From: an uncultured Actinomycetota bacterium
Lineage (GTDB): Bacteria > Actinomycetota > Acidimicrobiia > Acidimicrobiales > Bog-793
Assembly (NCBI GenBank): GCA_963769255.1
Contig: CAVYKV010000002.1
Location: 448,942 to 512,941, forward strand
Reading direction: 5' to 3'
DNA length: 64,000 nt
Shown: positions 19,824-29,400 of the stretch, piece after piece
How the letters are laid out: each line of letters opens with the position of its first letter
Position numbering within the stretch: the first letter of the stretch is position 1
Notes under the pieces: generated by a model
What the model was told of the DNA's origin: nothing
Databases searched by the model: none
What the model saw: the letters and a program-made list of their open reading frames with translations, nothing else
Made by a program: the position numbers and the translations under genes

Positions 19824-19860
19824 TAACCGCTCCGGCCACCCACCACGAAGGAGGGACAAC

Positions 19861-20529
19861 GTGACCCCGACCGACGACTCCCAGCGAGAACCACTGCGCC
19901 ACTCGATCATCCCGACCGTCCTCGACCAGACGAGCCGGGGGGACCGAGCCTACGACATCTTCTCCTTGCTCCTCCGTGAGCGGATCGTCTTCCTCGGCCA
20001 GGAGGTCGACGACCAGATCGCCAACCTCCTCGTGGCCGAGATCCTCTACCTCGAAGCCGAGGACCCCGAGAAGGACATCCATCTCTACGTCAACTCGCCC
20101 GGTGGCCTCGGCTACGCCGGCATGGCGATCTACGACGTCATGCAGCACGTGCGCTGCGAGGTCTCCACGATCTGCGTCGGCATGGGCATGTCGGCGGCCG
20201 CCATGATCCTCGCCGGGGGCGCCCCCGGGAAGCGTTTCGCCCTCCCGAACGCCAAGATCATGATCCACGAGGGCAGTGCCGGCACCCGCGGCGCACCTCG
20301 GGACATGGAGATCCACCTCCGGGAGGTGCTCGCCACGACCCGGCGGATGGTCGAGATCCTCGCCCATCACACCGGCCGGCCCATCGACGAGGTGGCCCAG
20401 GACATCGAGCGCGACCGCTACATGACTGCCGAGGAGGCGCTCGCCTACGGCCTCATCGACGAGATCATCCTGCCCCGGCGGGGTGTGTCGGCCGTGCCTG
20501 CCGATCTGGAGCTCGCCTCTGTCGGATAG
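19861..20529 (+). CDS. clpP: ATP-dependent Clp protease proteolytic subunit
   Basis: AAGGAGG SD; [20 protein letters not shown]; triad GMSAAA / IMIHE / ERDRY intact. Confidence 0.95.
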   Translation: MTPTDDSQREPLRHSIIPTVLDQTSRGDRAYDIFSLLLRERIVFLGQEVDDQIANLLVAEILYLEAEDPEKDIHLYVNSPGGLGYAGMAIYDVMQHVRCEVSTICVGMGMSAAAMILAGGAPGKRFALPNAKIMIHEGSAGTRGAPRDMEIHLREVLATTRRMVEILAHHTGRPIDEVAQDIERDRYMTAEEALAYGLIDEIILPRRGVSAVPADLELASVG

Positions 20530-20579
20530 CTCGGCACCGGCCTGCCGGGACACCAATGGGACGGAGCTACGTTGCCCGC

Positions 20580-21246
20580 ATGGCCACGGCGGACGAGCCC
20601 GACTGGCTGGAGTGGCACCGCGGCTACGACGATCCGAGCTCGCCGCTGGCGCAACGCCTCCGGCTCGTGCAAGCCGGCATCCGGCGCGCGCTCGACGAGG
20701 CAGCGCCGGGCGAGATCCGGATCGTCTCGATGTGCGCCGGCCAGGGGCGAGACGTCATCGGGGCCCTTCGTGACCACCGCCGGCGAGACGACGGTCAGTG
20801 CCCGCCTCGTCGAGCTCGACCCCCGCAACACGGCCGTCGTCCGGGCGGCCGCCGAGGAGGCCGGCCTCGGGCGCATCGAGGTCGTGACGGGGGACGCCTC
20901 CGTGAGCGATGCCTACCTCGGTGCCGCCCCCGCCCACGTCGTCCTCGCCTGCGGCATCTTCGGCAACATCGCCGACATCGACATCCGGCGCTTCATCGGC
21001 CACGTCCCGATGCTCTGCGAGACGGGCGCCACCGTCCTCTGGACTCGCCATCGGCGACCACCCGACCTGACGCCGCAGGTGAGGCGGAGGTTCGAGGCGA
21101 TGGGGTTCGACGAGGTCGCCTTCGAGGCGCCGGCGGACCACCCCTTCGTCAGCGTGGGCGCCGCCCGCTGGCCCGGGGAGCGGGGACGGCTGGAGGCGGG
21201 GATCCGTTTCTTCGAGTTCGTCGCCGACACGCCCCCGGCTCGCTGA
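20580..21246 (+). CDS. SAM-dependent methyltransferase (frameshift near 20793, probable sequencing error)
   Basis: SMCAGQGRD in one frame; LVELD, GDAS, LACGIFGN in the next; removing one G joins them. Confidence 0.8.
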
Positions 21247-21272
21247 TCGCCCCGGGCGGTACACTGCCACCC

Positions 21273-21284
21273 GTGCTGCTCTGA
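21273..21284 (+). promoter_or_regulatory. leaderless leader uORF (MLL*) of putative translational attenuator
   Basis: TACACT -10 at 21260, 7 nt, then GTG CTG CTC TGA; TGATCCCTG complementary to CAGGAGATCA (SD). Confidence 0.6.
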
Positions 21285-21329
21285 TCCCTGCCCCCGTACG
21301 TCGTCTCACCGTGCCCCAGGAGATCAACA

Positions 21330-22997
21330 GTGCCCCTCGCTTCGCCCGCCCCCTTCGCCACGCTGGCCGCCCGCCGCGTCTCGAAGTCCCGCGGCACCGC
21401 CAACATCCTCGTCGACGTCGACCTCGTCCTCGGGCCACGCTCGAGGATCGGCGTCGTCGGGCCGAACGGCGTCGGGAAGACGACGCTGCTCCGCATCCTC
21501 GCCGGCTTGGACGGCGCCGACGCCGGCACGGTCATCGTCGCCCCGCCCGAAGCCACCGTGGGGTACCTCGCGCAGGAGCCCGACTCCGACCAGTCCGAGA
21601 CGCTCCGCCGGCTCCTCGGCCGCCGCACCGGCGTCACGGCGGCGGAGGAATCTCTCGAGGCCGCCTCGCACGACCTCGCCGTCGAGGCGCCCGGTTCGGC
21701 CGACCGGTATGGCGCCGCCCTCGAGCGCTACCTCGGCCTCGGCGGACCCGATCTCGACGCCCGCATGGGTACCGTGCTCGCCGAGCTCGGGCTGCCGGAA
21801 CGGCTCCTCGACCTCCCGACGGCCGACCTCTCCGGCGGGCAGCGATCCCGTTCCGCCCTGGCGGCGCTGCTGCTCTCGCGATTCGACCTCCTGCTGCTCG
21901 ACGAGCCGACGAACGACCTCGACTTCGACGCTCTGGAGCGGCTGGAGGCGTTCCTCGAGCAGCGTGGGGGCGGTCTCGTCGTCGTGTCGCACGATCGTGC
22001 CTTCCTCGAGCGCATCGTGACGAGCGTGCTCGAGATCGACGAAGGGTCCCACCGGGCGACCGAGTACGGGGGCGGCTGGGCCGCCTACCTCCAGGCGAAG
22101 GAGACGGCCCGGCTGCACGCCGTCCAGGCCTACGACGGTTACGTGAACGAGCGCGAACGCCTGCGGTCGCGGGAGCGGGAGCAGCGCCAGTGGGCCGTGC
22201 AGGGCGTGGCGCGCCAGAAGAAACAACCCCGCGACAACGACAAAGCCCAACGGGACTTCCGGATCAACCGGACGGAGAAGCAGGCCTCGAAGGTTCGCAT
22301 CACCGAGAAGGCCATCGAGCGCCTCGACGTCGTCGACCGGCCCTACGAACCGTGGGAGCTGCACCTCGATCTCGCCGGCACGCGCCGTAGCGGCGACGTC
22401 GTCGCCCGGTTGCGCGACGCCGTCGTCCGACGCGGGAGCTGGCAGCTCGGCCCCGTCAACCTCGAGCTGCGCTGGGCCGACCGCCTCGTGCTCGTGGGGC
22501 CGAACGGCAGCGGCAAGACGACCCTCCTCTCCGCCCTGCTCGGCCGCATCCCGCTCGACGCCGGCGAGCGTTGGCTCGGCCCCTCCGTGGTGGTGGGGGA
22601 GCTGGGGCAGGCGAGGAGGCGCTTCGAGGCGAACGGGGCCAGCCTCCTCGACGCCTTCCTGGCGGCGACGTCGCTCGAGCTGGCGCCCGCCCGGTCGCTG
22701 CTCGCCAAGTTCGGGCTGGGTGCCGGCGACGTCCTCCGCAGCGCGTCCTCCCTCTCGCCCGGCGAGCGCACACGGGCGGAGCTGGCGCTCCTGATGGCGA
22801 AGGGCACGAACTGCCTCGTGCTCGACGAGCCGACGAACCATCTCGACCTCGATGCCATCGAGCAGCTCGAGCAGGCGCTCGAGGCCTGGGAGGGGACGCT
22901 CGTGCTCGTGACGCACGACCGGCGTTTGCTCGAAGCCGTGCAGGTGACGACGCGGCTCGAGCTGTCCGACGGCAAGGTCTCAGTGCACAGCCTCTGA
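21330..22997 (+). CDS. ABC-F family ribosome-associated ATPase
   Basis: Two NBDs (GPNGVGKT/LSGGQ/LLDEPTN; GPNGSGKT/LSPGE/VLDEPTNH), charged linker, no TM. Confidence 0.95.
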   Translation: MPLASPAPFATLAARRVSKSRGTANILVDVDLVLGPRSRIGVVGPNGVGKTTLLRILAGLDGADAGTVIVAPPEATVGYLAQEPDSDQSETLRRLLGRRTGVTAAEESLEAASHDLAVEAPGSADRYGAALERYLGLGGPDLDARMGTVLAELGLPERLLDLPTADLSGGQRSRSALAALLLSRFDLLLLDEPTNDLDFDALERLEAFLEQRGGGLVVVSHDRAFLERIVTSVLEIDEGSHRATEYGGGWAAYLQAKETARLHAVQAYDGYVNERERLRSREREQRQWAVQGVARQKKQPRDNDKAQRDFRINRTEKQASKVRITEKAIERLDVVDRPYEPWELHLDLAGTRRSGDVVARLRDAVVRRGSWQLGPVNLELRWADRLVLVGPNGSGKTTLLSALLGRIPLDAGERWLGPSVVVGELGQARRRFEANGASLLDAFLAATSLELAPARSLLAKFGLGAGDVLRSASSLSPGERTRAELALLMAKGTNCLVLDEPTNHLDLDAIEQLEQALEAWEGTLVLVTHDRRLLEAVQVTTRLELSDGKVSVHSL

Positions 22998-23007
22998 CCT
23001 CCGGCTG

Positions 23008-24351
23008 TCAGGTGGCTGTCGTCTCCCGCGTGCTGAACTGGTCGTTCACGACAGGCCCCGGCTGCACCCGCCGGCCCCGCGGGAGCACCATGACCTGAGC
23101 CTGCAGCTGCGAAACGTCGGGCGTGCCGCCGTTCACCTGCAGTGCCGAGATCGTCGTCGGCCCGATCGACGGGTAGGGGACGTGCTGGTTGTGCGGGAGG
23201 GACGGATCCTCCTGGATCCACTCGGCGAGCTGCAGGTTGGAGAAGACGCCGCTCGTGGTCGGCGCCGACTGCGTCTCGTTGGACGTGACGTCGTCGACGC
23301 TCGCCTGCCACGTGCCCGACTGGTCGCTGATGACCGCTTCGATCTCGTCGCCGGCCGAGACCTGCATCAGAACCTGCGCATGGAAACCCTGCGCCGGGTC
23401 CGACCAGAACGCCTCGTAGAAGTCCGCCCCGTCCTCGTCGGTCTCCGTCGTGCCGACCTGGAAGAACTCCTGCTGACCCGGCCCTTGCACGCCGATCCAG
23501 GTCGAGGCGGAGCCGTCCTGCGAGGAGCCCTCGATGGCCGGCACGCGCCACGAGGCGCTGATCTGGGTGACCTGCACGTAGCCGATGTAGCCGGCGAACG
23601 ATCCGAGCTGAGCGGCCGGACGGCTCGGGTTGACGACGTTGTTGCCGAGGTCCGTGGCACCGACGATGAGTCCTGCGGCGACGAGGAGGGCCACGGCGAT
23701 GACGACGGCCGACATCGAGCGACGGCGGCGGACCGATGGGAAGGGACCGGGGTAGACGTAGCCGGGGTAGCCCGGGTGGCCGTAGCCGGGATAGCCCGGG
23801 TAGCCCGGGTAGCCCGGGTGGCCGTAGCCGGGGTAGCCGGGTGGCGGCCAGCCCTGCGGCGGCGGGCCGAAACCGCCCGGCGGTGGGTACCCCGCCGGCG
23901 GCGCCCCGTACTGGCCCGGCGGCCCGTACGCCCCGGAAGGCCCGTACTGGCCCGGCGGCCCGTACTGGCCCGGCGGCCCGTACGCCCCCGGTGGTAGGTG
24001 CGCCCCGGGCGGCGGCCAAGCTCCGGGCGGCGGTCCGTAGCCCCCGGGCGGGTATCCCCGGGGCGGGGGCGGGTGACCGGGGGGTGGGGGCGAGTATCCG
24101 GCCGGTGTGGGCCCGGACCCCCCAGCCGGCGGCCACCCTCCAGGCGGTGGCGGCCAACCTCCCGGGCCGGCCTCCGGCGGCGAGGACCCCCCAGGCGGCG
24201 CTGGCGGAGGCCACTCCCCCGCAGGCTGCCACCCGAACGGCGAGCCCGGCCCGCTCCCCGAGCCGGCCGGCGGCGAGGGCGGCGGGGGCACCGGGGGCAC
24301 CGGGGGCGTCGGCTCGCCGCCCTGGCCTTCTCCTCCCGAGTGGTCGCTCAT
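23008..24351 (-). CDS. membrane-anchored G1 glutamic peptidase with Pro/Gly/Tyr-rich N-terminus
   Basis: ASWRVP, STWIGV, FFQVGT (Gln), VSAGD, AEWIQE (Glu); single TM. Confidence 0.8.
   Translation of the reverse strand: MSDHSGGEGQGGEPTPPVPPVPPPPSPPAGSGSGPGSPFGWQPAGEWPPPAPPGGSSPPEAGPGGWPPPPGGWPPAGGSGPTPAGYSPPPPGHPPPPRGYPPGGYGPPPGAWPPPGAHLPPGAYGPPGQYGPPGQYGPSGAYGPPGQYGAPPAGYPPPGGFGPPPQGWPPPGYPGYGHPGYPGYPGYPGYGHPGYPGYVYPGPFPSVRRRRSMSAVVIAVALLVAAGLIVGATDLGNNVVNPSRPAAQLGSFAGYIGYVQVTQISASWRVPAIEGSSQDGSASTWIGVQGPGQQEFFQVGTTETDEDGADFYEAFWSDPAQGFHAQVLMQVSAGDEIEAVISDQSGTWQASVDDVTSNETQSAPTTSGVFSNLQLAEWIQEDPSLPHNQHVPYPSIGPTTISALQVNGGTPDVSQLQAQVMVLPRGRRVQPGPVVNDQFSTRETTAT
23761..23985. repeat. coding 9-bp (PGY) and 18-bp (YGPPGQ) tandem repeats
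   Basis: (g)tagcccgg and gtactggcccggcggccc iterations. Confidence 0.8.
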
Positions 24352-24497
24352 GCGCGAAGGCGTGACCGAGCCATCCCGGAGTGCACCCCCACCGTCAGCG
24401 CGTCCCTCGTCACTGCTCGTGCCACTCGCCACAGATTAAGCAATCGACGACGCACCGCCGATCCTGCTCACTGACGCTCCCCTACGATGCGGTTCCC

Positions 24498-24980
24498 GTG
24501 ACCCCAAGCGACCCGACCGACGCCACCGACCTCGAGTCCGAAGCCATGGGGGTCGCACTCGAGGAGGCCGGCGCCGCCCTTGCCCACGGGGACGTCCCCG
24601 TCGGCGCTGTCGTTCTCGCCGGCGGCTCCATCGTGGCGCGGCGCCACAACGAACGGGAGCTTCGCCGGGATCCCACCGCCCATGCGGAGATCCTTGCGCT
24701 GAGGGACGCCGTCGCACACCTCGGCGATTGGCGCCTCGGCGAGGCGACGCTCGTGGTGTCCCTCGAGCCGTGCCCGATGTGCGCCGGCGCCGCCGTGGCG
24801 GCCCGACTCGGGCGACTTGTCTACGGGGCGGCCGACCTGAAGGCAGGAGCCTGCGGCTCCCTCTACAACCTCTGCTCCGACCCGCGCCTCAACCATGAGG
24901 TCACCGTGGTGGCGGGTGTGCGGGAGGTGGAGTCGGCGGAGCTGTTGGCGGGTTTCTTCCGGGGATTGCGGCAGGCGTGA
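24498..24980 (+). CDS. tadA: tRNA adenosine deaminase
   Basis: DVPVGAV, DPTAHAE, LEPCPMC, RLNH; adjacent to tRNA-Ser. Confidence 0.92.
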   Translation: MTPSDPTDATDLESEAMGVALEEAGAALAHGDVPVGAVVLAGGSIVARRHNERELRRDPTAHAEILALRDAVAHLGDWRLGEATLVVSLEPCPMCAGAAVAARLGRLVYGAADLKAGACGSLYNLCSDPRLNHEVTVVAGVREVESAELLAGFFRGLRQA

Positions 24981-25000
24981 CAGCGCCTAGTGTGTCGCCC

Positions 25001-25086
25001 GGAGGGATGCGAGAGTGGCCGAATCGGGCGGTCTCGAAAACCGTTGTACGTCATGCGTACCGTGGGTTCGAATCCCACTCCCTCCG
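25001..25086 (+). tRNA. tRNA-Ser(CGA), CCA not encoded
   Basis: GGAGGGA/TCCCTCC acceptor stem, CT-CGA-AA loop, long variable arm, GGTTCGAATCC T-arm. Confidence 0.95.
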
Positions 25087-25152
25087 CTCAGCCCAGGCGA
25101 CGGGAGAGCGTCGCTCTTCCAGCCTGGGTTGTAGGGGACTCTGGCTGCCCCT

Positions 25153-25803
25153 CTACAGCGAGAGACCGCGAGTTGCACAAATCGGACCCACACCGGCTGC
25201 CAGACTCGCGGGAGAGCGGAGGGTCCTGCCGCACACCCGACAGCGAACCGTCACATCAGCGTCCCGTTGCCGGCCCGAGCGCATCGCCTCCGATATCACC
25301 CCGATCTTGGCGGCACCGAGCGGGTCGTCCGGAAACACCTCGTCGTGCACCCTGACGATGTCGTCTGTGCTGCTGAGATTGAGCCGCTCCGCGAGGTCGC
25401 GAAGATCCTGCAGATCCCTGGTGTTCCTACGGCTTGCGGCCGCTTTCATGGCCAAGAGGTGGCGGTCGGACGCCCGCATGACTCGAAGGTTCGAATGGTC
25501 GAACACCGGGACGGGGTATGGGTCATCACCTCTCGGCAGATAAGTCGTACCCTGCTCGTTGAGCCACCAGGAAGGCAGCCCCAGCTCCTGAGCCACGGCC
25601 CGAAGTTCTGCGATGGCGGCACTCGTTGACGTGAAGCGGGCATCGAGATCCTGGGTCGCCTCCCGTTCATCGAAAGCAAAAACCATGGCGCCGCCGCCGA
25701 ACAGGTACACGTCAACGACGATGCGGCGCTGCTTCAGCCGGGTCGACAGCCTGCTGAACGCCTTCAGGATTGTGGCCTTATCGAGCAGCGGCGCGTCATT
25801 CAC
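25153..25803 (-). CDS. DUF6036-like nucleotidyltransferase (putative toxin) with C-terminal DUF6011-like Zn finger
   Basis: FGGGAM...TQDLD, WLNE, LLAMK...RD.QDL; tail CRVCGRTLRSPASLAAGVGPIC. Confidence 0.75.
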   Translation of the reverse strand: MNDAPLLDKATILKAFSRLSTRLKQRRIVVDVYLFGGGAMVFAFDEREATQDLDARFTSTSAAIAELRAVAQELGLPSWWLNEQGTTYLPRGDDPYPVPVFDHSNLRVMRASDRHLLAMKAAASRRNTRDLQDLRDLAERLNLSSTDDIVRVHDEVFPDDPLGAAKIGVISEAMRSGRQRDADVTVRCRVCGRTLRSPASLAAGVGPICATRGLSL

Positions 25804-26231
25804 GCTCGCTGAAGGCTCCTCCGCTCCACCATCACACCACGACGAAGAAACGATGCCGGAGCATGAACCAAAGCATCTCCTCGAGCCGCCGGCGTGTTCG
25901 AGGGAAACCAGAAGGCGTCGAGGAAACGCTCGGGGTCGTCGACCCAACGAGGAATCTCATCCCCGTCGTGGAACGCCAAGTGTTCCGCTAGGGCCCCCAG
26001 CAAGGCGTCCCATTCCTTGCTTCCCGTCGACCGCGGAGCACTAGCCAGGAGCACATGTCGCGTCGTGGGGTCCTCAAAGCCGAACTCAGTGAGGAACTCG
26101 GCGAGAAGCAGCCATCGTCGGTCCTCGGAGCTCGGCGTAAGAAGCACAGCGAGGTCGTCCAGGTTCATCGGACGGTACGTTGGCCGACGACGGGTCCGCC
26201 CTGGCGAGGCGGCACCGACGAACCTTGTCAC
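25800..26231 (-). CDS. putative antitoxin partner of the nucleotidyltransferase
   Basis: TGSKEWDALLGALAEHLA...P.W...L..FWF...APASFLRRGV; GTGA coupling to the NTase; TAGAGT -10 six nt before the GTG. Confidence 0.7.
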   Translation of the reverse strand: MTRFVGAASPGRTRRRPTYRPMNLDDLAVLLTPSSEDRRWLLLAEFLTEFGFEDPTTRHVLLASAPRSTGSKEWDALLGALAEHLAFHDGDEIPRWVDDPERFLDAFWFPSNTPAARGDALVHAPASFLRRGVMVERRSLQRA

Positions 26232-26387
26232 GCAGAAACTCTACCGACCTCTGTGTCGCCCACTCGACGGCAGCTGCTGCGCGGACGCTCACAGCGCTTC
26301 ACACGTCTGAATCGAAGTCGAGCACCTTGACGATCGCCACCGGAGGGTTCGAATCCCACTCCCTCCGCCCGCCCGCCCACGCGACAA

Positions 26388-26413
26388 GGCCGGCGCCCCG
26401 AGAGGCGCCGGCC
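26388..26413. terminator. GC-rich hairpin
   Basis: GGCCGGCGCC-N6-GGCGCCGGCC just past attR and the stop of the large gene. Confidence 0.65.
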
Positions 26414-26441
26414 CGGTCGTGACCTAGGAGTCCGAGCTCCC

Positions 26442-29400
26442 CTACCCGGTGATCGAAACGATCGGACGGGTCAGCTTGACGTGCGTCTCGGCTTGGGTTT
26501 CGTTGCCGAAGTTCTGGGCGTCGCCGAAGGCGTACAGGGTGCCGTTGGCGCCGGCCAGCCAGTAGCCGCCTTCGTCGGAGCCTGGGGTGGCGATGCCCAC
26601 GACGTCCTTGACCCCCTGGCAACCGGAGCCCGAGGACATGCAGGACCCGTGGAACTTGGCGTCACCGAACGGGAACACACGGCCGTTCGAGCTGACGAGC
26701 AGGTACCCGCCGGCGTCGGGGCTGGCGATGCCGATGATGTCCTTGATCCCCTGGCAGCTCGAGCCCGAGGTGCACGAGCCGCGGGCCTTGGCGTTGCCGA
26801 AGGAGTACACGTGGCCGTCCGAGCCGACCAGCCAGTACCCGCCCGAGTCAGGGCTGTCGATCGCCACGATGTCGTCGACGTGGACGCCCCTCGACGGCAG
26901 GTCGCCGTGGGAGACGGCGTCGCCGAAGGGATAGATCGCCCCGTTCGACGCGACCTCCCAGTAGCCCTTGCCGTCGGCGGTGGCGGCGATGCCGATGATG
27001 TCGTCGACGTGAATGCCGCGACCCGGCAGCGTGCCGTAGTTGTGGGCGGTGCCGAAGGCGTAGATGCCGCCGTCTGACTCCACCAACCAGTAGCCGTTGG
27101 TCATGGCCGCCATGCCGACGAAGTCGTAGATGTGCAGTCCGAGGCGGGGCACGGAACCACGGAAGTGGGAACGGAAGTCGAACACCCCGCCGTCACCACC
27201 TTCGAGGCGGTAGCCGAGCGCCTTCACGAAGAAGACGGCACACGGGCTCGTGGAGGCCCGGTACTGGCCGCTGCCCGCGTAGCCGACTCGGTAGGAGAAC
27301 CAGCCCGGGGCCAGCTCGCCGGACTTCGGCGAGCTCGGCACCGAGCCGCCCGACAGCTTGACGCTCCGGGTCGACAGCGCCTTGCCCGTGCAGGCGCTGC
27401 CGTTGTAGAGCGTGTAGGTGACGGTCCCCGTCGGCGTGAAGCCGGCGATACCGGAGACCTTCGCTGTGTCGTAGGAGGATGCCCCCTGCACCTCGTGGCC
27501 GGACCAGACGGCGGCCGTGGCGGCGTCGTGCACCGACTGGGAGGCCGACGATGCCCCCGGCAGCACGGAGAACGACTCGCAGCCGCTCGCCGCCGGCTCG
27601 TAGTTGCCATCGCCGCCGTAGACGGCCTCGGTGGCGTAGGTGCCGGCGCGGAGCTTGCCGGTCGACGGCGAGTTCGGCACGCCACCGCTCACTTCGAGGG
27701 GCGCCGTGGCCGTGGCGGCGGCCGTGCCGGAACAGGTGCCGTTGTCGAACAGCTCGTAGGTGACGTCACCGGTCGGCGTGAAGCCGCTGATACCCGTCAC
27801 GGTGGCGGTGTCGACGGCGGAAGCCCCGAGGGTCTCGTGGCCGCTCCAGACGGAGTGGGTCGCTGCGTCGTGTACCGACTGGGCGGCCAACGGCGTCGCC
27901 GGCAGCACGGAGAACGACTCGCAGCCGCTCGCCCCCGACCCGTAGTTGCTGTCGCCGTTGTAGACGGCCTCGTAGCCGTACGTGCCGGCGTGGAGCTCTC
28001 CGGTCGCCGAGGAGTTCGGCACGGTGCCACCGTCTCCCAACTCGACCGTGTCCGCCACGGCGGGGTCGCCGGAGCAGGTGCCGTTGTCGAACAGTTCGTA
28101 GGTCACGGTCCCCGTCGGCGTGAAGCTCTCGACGCCGCTCACGGCCGACGTGTCGAAGGCGGAGGCCCCGAGGGTCTCGTCGCCGCTCCAGGAACCCTGC
28201 GTACCGGCGTCGTCGACCGATTGAGTGGCCAGCGGTGTCGCCGGCAGCACCGAGAACGACTCGCAGCCGCTCGCCAGCGCCCCGTAGTTGCTGTCGCCGT
28301 TGTAGACGGCCTCGTAGCCGTACGTGCCGGCTGCCAGCGTTCCGGTTGCCGGCGAGGCCGGCGCGGAGCCACCGTCGCCGAGGTCGACCGTGTCCGCCAC
28401 GGCCGGGTCGCCGGAGCAGGTGCCGTTGTCGAACAGCTCGTAGGTCACGGTCCCCGTCGGCGTGAAGCTCTCGACGCCGCTCACCGTCGTCGTGTCGAAC
28501 GCCGAAGCGCCAAGGGTCTCGTCACCGCTCCAGGCTCCCTGCGTGGTGGAGTCGTCGACCTGCTGGGTGACGTCCGGGGTCCCGAGGCCGAACGAGAACG
28601 CCTGGCAACTTCCCGTCGCCGGGAGGTAGTTGGCGTCGCCGGAGTAGGTCGCCAGGTAGCTGTAGTTGCCTGCCGCCAGCGGCGATGTGGTGGCCGAGTT
28701 CGGGACGCTGCCGTCGGCGAGGTCGACGGTCTGGCCGTCCACGTCGCCCGTGCAGGTGGCGTTCGAGTAGAAGTAGTAGGTGACCGTGCCGGTGTTGACG
28801 AAGCCGTCCACGCCGGAGACCATCGCCGTGTCGTAGGCCTGCGAGCCGGTGTCCTGCGGGCCGGAGACGAAGTCGACCTCCGAGGAGAGCGTCGGCGCCG
28901 CCTGGCCCACCGTGAAGGGGACGCAGGCGCTCGTGGCGGACTCGTAGTTGGCGTCACCTTGGTAGGAGGCCTGCACGAAGTAGGAGCCGGCACCGAGGGC
29001 GCTCGTGTCCTCCGAGCTCCCCGGGGTGCCGTCGGCGAGGGACACCTCGGAGGTCATGAGCAGCGTGCCCGTGCACTCCGCCGTCGCGTAGAACTGGTAG
29101 GTGAGGGTGCTCGTTGGCATGAAGCCCTCGACACCGGTCACGGTGGACGTGGCGTATGCCGATGCCCCCGTGGTTTCGGTGTTCGTCCATGTCTCGCCGG
29201 TGCCGGCGTCGATGAGCGAGACGCCGACGGTGGGTGTGGCGGGAACGACCGTGAGGAGCACGCAGGAGCTCGTCGAACCCACGTAGTTCGAGTCACCCGA
29301 GTAGACCGCCTCGTAGCTGTAGGACCCAGGCGTCAGCGCCGCCGTGTCGGGCGCCGTGCCGACCGTGCCGTCCTCGATCGTCGTCGGCGTCGTGGTGGCG

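Larger units (their letters stand above)
25064..26368. mobile_element. integrase-less islet at tRNA-Ser bounded by 24-bp att direct repeats
   Basis: GGGTTCGAATCCCACTCCCTCCGC at 25064-25087 and 26345-26368. Confidence 0.8.

Noticed and set aside
26232-26344. Integrase remnant next to attR
   Set aside because: No recognisable tyrosine or serine recombinase motif in any frame I read
23761-28560. Repeats considered as a CRISPR array
   Set aside because: They are in-frame coding repeats without unique spacers; no cas genes in the window
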